DNA from: Octopus vulgaris
Taxonomy: Eukaryota
NCBI GenBank assembly: GCA_951406725.2
Contig: OX597816.1
Coordinates: forward strand, 130,634,001 to 130,698,000
DNA: 64,000 bases
Direction: 5' to 3'
The notes under the pieces were generated by a model, which worked only from the letters and a program-made list of their open reading frames with translations, was not told the origin of the DNA and made no database searches. Position numbers and translations under genes: made by a program. The stretch's first letter is position 1. Every line of letters begins with the position of its first letter. Shown here piece after piece: positions 55,901 to 64,000 of this stretch.

Positions 55901-56289
55901 CTCACTGCCGCCTGGAGCCAACTAGCGATATTTTATGTAAGTCGTTCCACCTAAAAGATATAGCAGCTAAATATACCTCATTTCATACCTAACTGTGTTT
56001 AAAGCAGTGAGAACACATGGGATAAAGTAGTCCTTGAGGTATCTACATTTACATATACACTAAGTTCCTGAGGCAGTGGAAATACCATAAGAGCTTGGTG
56101 TATAGCAATTATATGGATGATGGAACAACCGTTGCTTTTGAATTTAGTCCCTTCTTTATAAGAACGATGCCATATACACATAATCGCATGTGTATATGGA
56201 ATACACGCAGAGAAACACACGTATACCTACATAAACAATAATGAAGCAGACTTTCTTGTGTAATAAAGCCACTTGCACACCTATGTATG

Positions 56290-56378
<89 letters not shown>

Positions 56379-56382
<4 letters not shown>

Positions 56383-56705
56383 GTTGGCAACTAAGTTTCC
56401 CCCGTCTTTTTTAATTTAAATTTTTTTTTAAGGTTTAATTAAAAAAAATAACAACTAATTAATCAATAATGTATTCACTCCTGTTATTTGCAACTTCTTC
56501 CCAACGTTCGACAAGATTTTCAATACCTCTTTGGTAGAAATCACCCGATTTCGACTCTAAAAATTGATCCGACCAAGCTCTCAATTCAGCATCAGTATTG
56601 AACGAAATCCTGCGTATAGCATTTGAAAGAGATCGAAAGAGGTGGAAATCCGTTGGTACCAAATCAGAAGAGTACGGCGGGTGTGGCAGCACTTCTCAGC
56701 CATGC
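56379..56705 (-). mobile_element. Mariner (DD34D) 3' fragment with TIR
   Basis: LPHPPYSSDLVPTDFHLFRSL...FYQRGIENLVERWEEV; terminus beside a TA tract (tgaggttggcaactaagtt). Confidence 0.92.
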
Positions 56706-58103
56706 GTTTAAATGGCTTCCTTGGTCATATTGGCGACATGAGAGCGGTGATAGTTGGGGGACAAACACAGACACGAAGACGCACATATGCACAAATGCGC
56801 GCGCGTGCGCGCGCACACACACACACACATATATAGAGAGATAATTATGTACATCAAATTTATTAAATGTTCAACTTGATTCCTCTTATTGCCTTTCTTT
56901 ACCTTGTGGAAGGATTCCCTGTAAAGACATCGGAGTCTAAGTTTGAATTTTTTGAGCATTACCAAGTCTTCTATACGGATAATCTCTGGATCTCGGTATT
57001 TCGTCTGTCTTTACGTTCTGAGTTCAAATTCCGTCGAGGTCGACTTTGCCTTTCATTCTTCCGGGGTCGATAAATTAAACACCAGTTGCGTACTGGGGTC
57101 GATCTAATCGACTGGCCCCCTCCCCTAAAATTTCAGGCCTTGCGTCCAGAGTAGATAAGGATATATATGTATATATTTTATAAACATTACTTACGATACC
57201 TTGCTTTCACTCCCTCTCTCTCTGTAACTCCTTTTGCTCTTACGTATATATGTGTGCGTGCGCGTGTGCATGTGCATTTGTGTGTGTAATTAGTAAAGAT
57301 AAAACCTCCGGGTTTTATTGTTACTGATTCATCTTCGTACAAGCCTACTTTAAGTCACTTTTAGGTACGAATATATAAATGCAGAGCTGTTCGAAACATT
57401 GCGATATATTAGAAAATAAATAAATGAATAAATGAAAACATTTGGTAAACACCTTATGTTAGTTCACATACATGTTTTGAACTTGCAGTCCAATAGCGAT
57501 CCTGAAGACGTGGAAGGTAGAATGTCATGTCTATCCTCATCTGTCTCTCTGTCACCCTTTCTCTCTCCCTTTCTCCTTCCCTACCTCCACTTTAAACGGG
57601 GATAATTTCAACAAAGCAACATTTTATTTGGTATGATATTTAATATTCTTGTACTCATCTGTTTTCTTCAAATACCTGCCACTAATCGCTCTGAATTATT
57701 CATCTTAGCTTATTTTCGTTTCATTTATCCAAATTTCCCTTTTATGTATTGTATGCCTAAAGGTACGAGCATTTGCTGTGCCGATGACACTTATTCAGGC
57801 AGAAACATAACTACTGCTGTCCTTTTGTTTTCAAACAGACTATTTTTTCAGTAACGGGCATATCAGGTTTAGAGAATTTTTGATTCTGCAGAGTACCTCT
57901 TCTCATTTAGATTTGGTACAAATTACCATAAAATAGATTGTTCTACAATACGTGGAAGTAGAAATAATTTCAAATAACGAAGTACATTCCACTGACCATT
58001 CCGAGTAAATTCTCTGAGCACTTTTTTTCTCATACACACACGCACACACAGACACACACATATACACACACGCACACATATATACATAAGAACAGAAGGG
58101 GTT

Positions 58104-58149
<46 letters not shown>

Positions 58150-58190
58150 GGTGGAAGCGAGTTGTCGTCAGTGATGTGTACGAAATAAGA

Positions 58191-58241
<51 letters not shown>

Positions 58242-58692
58242 CACACGTACACATGCGCGCACACACACGCACACTAACACTCACACACAAAAAAAAAATC
58301 ATAAAATCTGTCTGAGAATTTCTAACTCCTCATTTTCATATATATTTCGTTTTAACCAAACTGTATGATGTCCAGCTGCACAAAGTTATTTAACTGACGT
58401 TACAGTTGCTTGGTCACTCCAACTTGTGACGACATCCTAGGAAAATATCGATGGAAACTAGATTTATTTCGCACACCCAACTACGTTTTTATAACAGCTA
58501 TGTTTATACGCTCTGCACAGAAACACCCATACATACACGTACACACACATGCTTACACACACCACCATCTGTATATGCATATGGTGCATTTATAATGGCA
58601 TATGCATATATTTTATATCCAATATATGTATATAGACACACTATGTAAATATGTACACCACACAAATACACTAACTCCTACGTTTATATATA

Positions 58693-58949
58693 AAAGTAAA
58701 TGCGCCCTTTTAAAGCCTAGCTAGGCTCATGGGCTAGGCTTTCCGGTTTCTATGGTGTATGTGTAACTCAGCTGGATGGGACGCTAGTCCATCGCAGCGT
58801 TACTCATTTTTGCCAGCTGAGTGGACTGGAGCAACGTGAAATGAAGTATTTTGCTCAAGAACACAACGCGTCGCCCGGTCCAGGGATCGAAATCACAATC
58901 TTACGATCATGGTGCTGACATCCTAACCACTGAGCCACGCACCTCTACT
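58693..58949 (-). mobile_element. Family-C SINE with TSD
   Basis: Close match to 39218-39474; TSD ctacgtttatatata on both sides. Confidence 0.88.
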
Positions 58950-58953
58950 CTAC

Positions 58954-59119
<166 letters not shown>

Positions 59120-59594
59120 CACACACACACACACACACACACACAAATATATATCTTTTAATTCGTTTATGGTAACGTTAAAGGTATGCAAATAAAGCTC
59201 CTGTTTCTTTTGCCGACAACCGTTTAATGATACTGACCAGTCAGTCAGTTTTTCGGAGTTGCATCATAGTTATACTGATATAATGTAGGGTAAATGAATT
59301 AATGATGATGATCAACGGGATGCCTACAGATAATACGGACTATACTGTTCTAATACCTAGGATACCGACTCTGACGTTAAAATCATGTGGTTTGTGGAAA
59401 CACGCGTAGCTATGTATTACACAGTTATAAACTCCATCCTAGAATTATCCAAAATGTATGTTTTTATACATATATCATTATCTTTTATCTTTTACTTGTT
59501 TCATTCATTAGACTGCAGCCATGCTTACATAAACCTTGACGAATTTTGGGGTTAAATGAATCGATTTCAGAACTTATTTTTATACATACATACA

Positions 59595-60470
59595 ACCAAG
59601 TATCTGATGCACAAAGGGGATAGAGATGCAGGTAAAGCCGTAAGATGTGACAACCGATGTAGACTTTGTGGAGTTCACACTGACGATATCATCCACATCA
59701 TAAGCAGTTGTTCGAAAATGTCATCACGGTATTATCTGCCGATGTGACATGACGTTGTAGCTAGGACACTCTATAATGAAATCCGTCTGAAGGATAATAC
59801 CAAGGACAAAGAAATAAAAATCCATAGCCACTCACAATAAAAAGGAATACTGGTGGAATGCACCAGTGAAGACCTCAATTAAATGTAAGCACAACAGACC
59901 TGATGTAATGATTTGGGATAGAGAAGAGAAACTGTGCCCACCGGGTGTTAACATAAAGCTGAAGATCAGTGAAGAAAACACCTATGCTGAACTATTGAGA
60001 AATCTGCAGCTACTCTATCCAGATTACAAGTTCAGGTTTATACCTGCAATTATTGGGGCCCTGGGATATGTTACACACTGCTCAAATACCAATCTTGAGA
60101 AATTAGGCTTCTCAAAACCAGAAAGGAGAAAGCTAATTCGAAGACTACAGCTTCAATCCATCACTGGAATTGTAAAAATCTATAAAACTTTCCTGACGTT
60201 TATCATTTAAATATATATGAGCATGTCTAGATATGCAACTATATGCATGAGAATACATACATAAAACATGCAAATCTACACATACATACATAAATACATT
60301 CATACATACATACATACATACATACATACATACATACATACATACATACATACATACAAACTAAAATACCCTGTTGTTGATGTTGAAGTTCCAATGACGG
60401 AGCCTTGGATCTAGGTTAGAAAACTGGCTCTTTCTCTATTGGCAAGAAATCTTGAAATAAACTGAATGAT
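59595..60470 (+). mobile_element. 3' end of an RLE-type (R4/Dong-like) LINE: CCHC knuckle, PD-(D/E)xK endonuclease, 3'UTR
   Basis: CRLCGVHTDDIIHIISSC (CCHC), *HDVVA (RH motif mutated), HNRPDVMIWD and TYAELLRNLQLLY...IPAIIGALG, with stops and frameshifts. Confidence 0.88.
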
Positions 60471-60861
60471 GACATCCATCGATCCATCGATCGATCGATC
60501 CATCCATCCATCCATCCATCCATCCATCCATCCATCCATCCATACATCCATACATACACACACAAGTGCATACATACGTCACGGCAAGAAACCTAAACGA
60601 TGGCATCGATATCAAACTCATTCATTCACTAAAAGCCAACCACATGAAAATGGCCTTGTGTGTGCATTAATATGTGTAAATGTGCGCTGTGTGTGTTTAT
60701 ATTTGTATACATATATAGAGAGAGACATATATGCATACCTATATGCGTGCGTATGTACACACAAGTATTCACACATATACATATAAATATATATATACGC
60801 ATATATATATATATATATATAAATCGATATATAAATACATACATACATATATGTGTGTGTT

Positions 60862-60911
<50 letters not shown>

Positions 60912-61056
60912 ATATGCCGAAACTGGTGTGTATATGAACTATGTAGTGGGTATGTACTGAATGATAATTGCAAGAAATTAACAATTAATTCCAGAAAATT
61001 TTACACGTTTGGAAAATCTTTGCAGATCCTTCTGGTAATGCCAGTTAATACAAGAA

Positions 61057-61125
<69 letters not shown>

Positions 61126-61940
61126 GGGGAGAGTGAGAGAGAATAAGAGAGAGGTGACAGAGAGGAAGTGAAAGAGAGAGTAGTCATAAAACTTATTGAA
61201 TGTTATCGCTGGCTTTCTTTAATTTTCAGTTGAAAATTACAATGATGTTGATTGCGGCGACGACGATGACGACAACGATGATGATGATGGCTGTGATGAT
61301 GATGATGATGAAAATGATGAGTGTGACAATGATGATGACAAAGCTGGTGGTGATGGTAGTGATTGAGATGATGTAGCTTTCGTAATAAATCATTTAGCCT
61401 TCTTCTGTGTTTTTTTAATATCTTCTTTTAAGATAAACTACTTGTGAGAGTCAACGTGTAAAGAATGTGTGACAAGTTTATAGAATTGTCAGTCTTTCAA
61501 GCCACTACGGCTAATTCTCTCTCTCTCTCTCTCTCTCACTCTCTCTCACACACACACACACTCTCTCTCTTCTCTTTCTTTCTCTTTCTCCTGCTGTCCA
61601 GTCGACACTGCACCTGTCACACATGAAGGAGCTTATGACATGTCTCTCAGACAAAACCATAAGTACATAGAAATAAATGTATACGGAGGATTTCTTTTCA
61701 GAGTGGTTTACACTTTACCCCTCCCCCCCAAAAAAAACAATGTTTTGTTTCTGTGGTGTGAGTATTTAAAAACTTTTTTAGTTTGATATTTGCATAGCTA
61801 TATAATCTAATGGGGATTAATTTGTCTTAGATACTCGCCTGGATCCAATTAGTACATTCAACTATTAATTCAACTATTACGCGAATATAAGCTACTCATG
61901 TGCATGTAAAAAATTCTGTCTGCATCTCTCTTTCTTTCAC

Positions 61941-62031
<91 letters not shown>

Positions 62032-62106
62032 ATATGAAATAAAAGCAACGCTGGTCCAATTAACATTACCAACTACATATACTCAATGGAAACAAACCAT
62101 GTATTT

Positions 62107-62369
62107 GCCGGTAGGCTGTGAATAGTGGGGTGGCGAATACCCACTGAAAGCGCTGGGTATTAAAACACTTGAAGGTCATGGACAGGCAAGATGACTCACC
62201 TCTAATCCCGTTTAGGAGGGATAAATCACAAAAATGGCGAAACATCGCTGTCTATCACTCCTGGACGGGATTAAAGCTGAGTTATCTCGCCTGTCCATGA
62301 CTTCCAGGTGTTGTAACACTTGGCGCTTTGAGTGGGTATTCCTCACTACGCCAGGCGCAGTCTGCCGGT
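62107..62369. repeat. Long imperfect inverted repeat (~117-bp gap-free arms, ~29-nt spacer)
   Basis: 62107-62223 pairs with 62253-62369. Confidence 0.85.
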
Positions 62370-62406
62370 ATATACTCGTTGCATGCACGTTAAGTATTCG
62401 TAGTTG

Positions 62407-62440
<34 letters not shown>

Positions 62441-62445
<5 letters not shown>

Positions 62446-62777
62446 AAAAAGCAGCATAAATATCACAAAAAATGTTACTCAGAGTTTCACGTTCCCGTTT
62501 GTAGGACAGCAAAAATAAAGTTATAAGCAAACATATACAATTAGTTTAATGGATTCACATTTGAAAATGGTTTTGTATCATTGGTCCTTTCAACTAAAGA
62601 AATTTATGATATACATCTTCCTACATTACTTACTAGGTTCTTAAGTATTACGGGTGGATGATTAGATTCTTTGCTAATATAACATAGCTTTTCATTGGGC
62701 TTACGGTAGGGTCTAAATTTATCTAATTGTAAATCCAAGTTGACACCTAGAAAATCTACGCTTTTAAGGTTACTACC
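62441..62777 (-). mobile_element. Truncated Penelope-like element (probably Naiad-type): RT fragment joined to an HHR-bearing 3' repeat
   Basis: 62777-62607 translates GSNLKSVDFLGVNLDLQLDKFRPYRKPNEKLCYISKESNHPPVILKNLVSNVGRCIS (PLE RT motif 7/thumb). 62441-62509 matches the family at 25952/39952 (core here decayed to CCTACAA); ends in (TA)n. Confidence 0.85.
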
Positions 62778-63692
62778 AAGCCTGACCTTTCTTTTTTAGT
62801 TTGACTACCATCCGTGCAACATCTCTATTCCCCCCTATGCCTGTTAAATATTATGTCCCTGCCGTAAAGGCTTTACTTTCACACACGCCAGCTTAATTTA
62901 ATTTGTCCTTAGTCGAAAGACACCTGTTGCTATGTCCTGTTAATTGCATTTGTAATTGTGTAAGATTTCTGTTTTTTTTCCCGTTCTTGTTTTCGCATAC
63001 ATTCGCTGCTTTCTTCCAAGGAATCTAATGCTCTTAGCTTAGTTTTTCCTTGGGGCTGGCCAGATTGGAGCAAGCCAAAATCTCAAAGATAATCTGGAAC
63101 TCGACTGAGGATAGAAAACTCCGAATGAGCCGTCCTTTTTTTGCATCGTCTGTTGTCTGGATGTTTTGTTTTCCCTTTTTGTATCACCTAACTGTCCGGA
63201 TGTTTTGCGTTCTTGTCTCATTTTTATATTATATATATATATATATATTGGATTCGCTAGTACTGGTTGTCTGGCATGGTTTGTCCGATGTTACAGATAT
63301 CGGACGGGTATGTTTGACTCTTAGTATTTTCAAATCTAAATCAGAAGAAATCTCTGAGCTGATGAAGGAAAAGTGGCGTTTAACCCACGAATCCAGAAAC
63401 AGGCTGTCCTCGGGTATCTTATATGGATGTGATCTTTCATTGTTTTTCCCTTATACCTATGCGAGTTATTTTTCTGAGTATGCATTGTCTGGAGACTTTT
63501 ACTTGCAGTTGAAGAAATAGCCAAATTTTTGGCTGCTATTTCTGATAAGTTCGGTGTGTGGTAAAGTGAAGTTTTTACTTTACCATATTTTTATAAATTA
63601 ATACCTCAAATATACCGTAAATGGTCTTTTTACATACCGAATACTGCTTGGTCGAATTGATTAACAATTAATTAATTCCACCATTTTTTACT

Positions 63693-63800
<108 letters not shown>

Positions 63801-64000
63801 CGGAGATGTACTCGCATAGCAAGTAATTTGATCTGAGATCGTGTGCTTCCACGCTGCAATTGTATATATATATATATATATATATGTATACACATACATA
63901 TATATATGTATATATGTATGTGTGTGTGTGTGTTTAGACATATTGACACTTCAAACTAGTTAGAACTCGATATACGTAATACTGATTAGTGATTGACAAA

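Noticed and set aside
54698-55992. Long ORFs of up to 224 aa with poly-A/V/N/T/H runs
   Set aside because: Trinucleotide repeats open on both strands and in several frames, with no domain.

Overview
AT-rich, extremely microsatellite-dense eukaryotic DNA. The (TA)n/(CA)n/(TATC)n/(TATG)n/(AAT)n load and the SINE families point to an octopus (coleoid cephalopod); this is inference. The only confidently identified host coding sequence is one 269-bp internal Wnt exon on the minus strand (37350-37618), best matching Wnt7. I found no other Wnt exon, so the window is probably two very large introns. A possible terminal exon of an unknown plus-strand gene lies at 54318-54444. The rest is mobile DNA: three tRNA-derived SINE families, RTE and RLE-type LINE fragments, Tc1/mariner remnants and MITEs, hAT MITEs, a Helitron and a Helentron-like element. 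The most interesting signal is invisible in the ORF track. About seven unrelated short families carry minimal type I hammerhead ribozyme (HHR) motifs, several with variant cores; most are fold-back insertions in or next to (TA)n tracts. One family is joined to a Penelope-like (probably Naiad-type) RT fragment. Another is a 485-bp tandem unit with an HHR at each junction, i.e. retrozyme/circRNA architecture. Almost all listed ORFs are microsatellite artefacts. All alignments and folds were done by eye.
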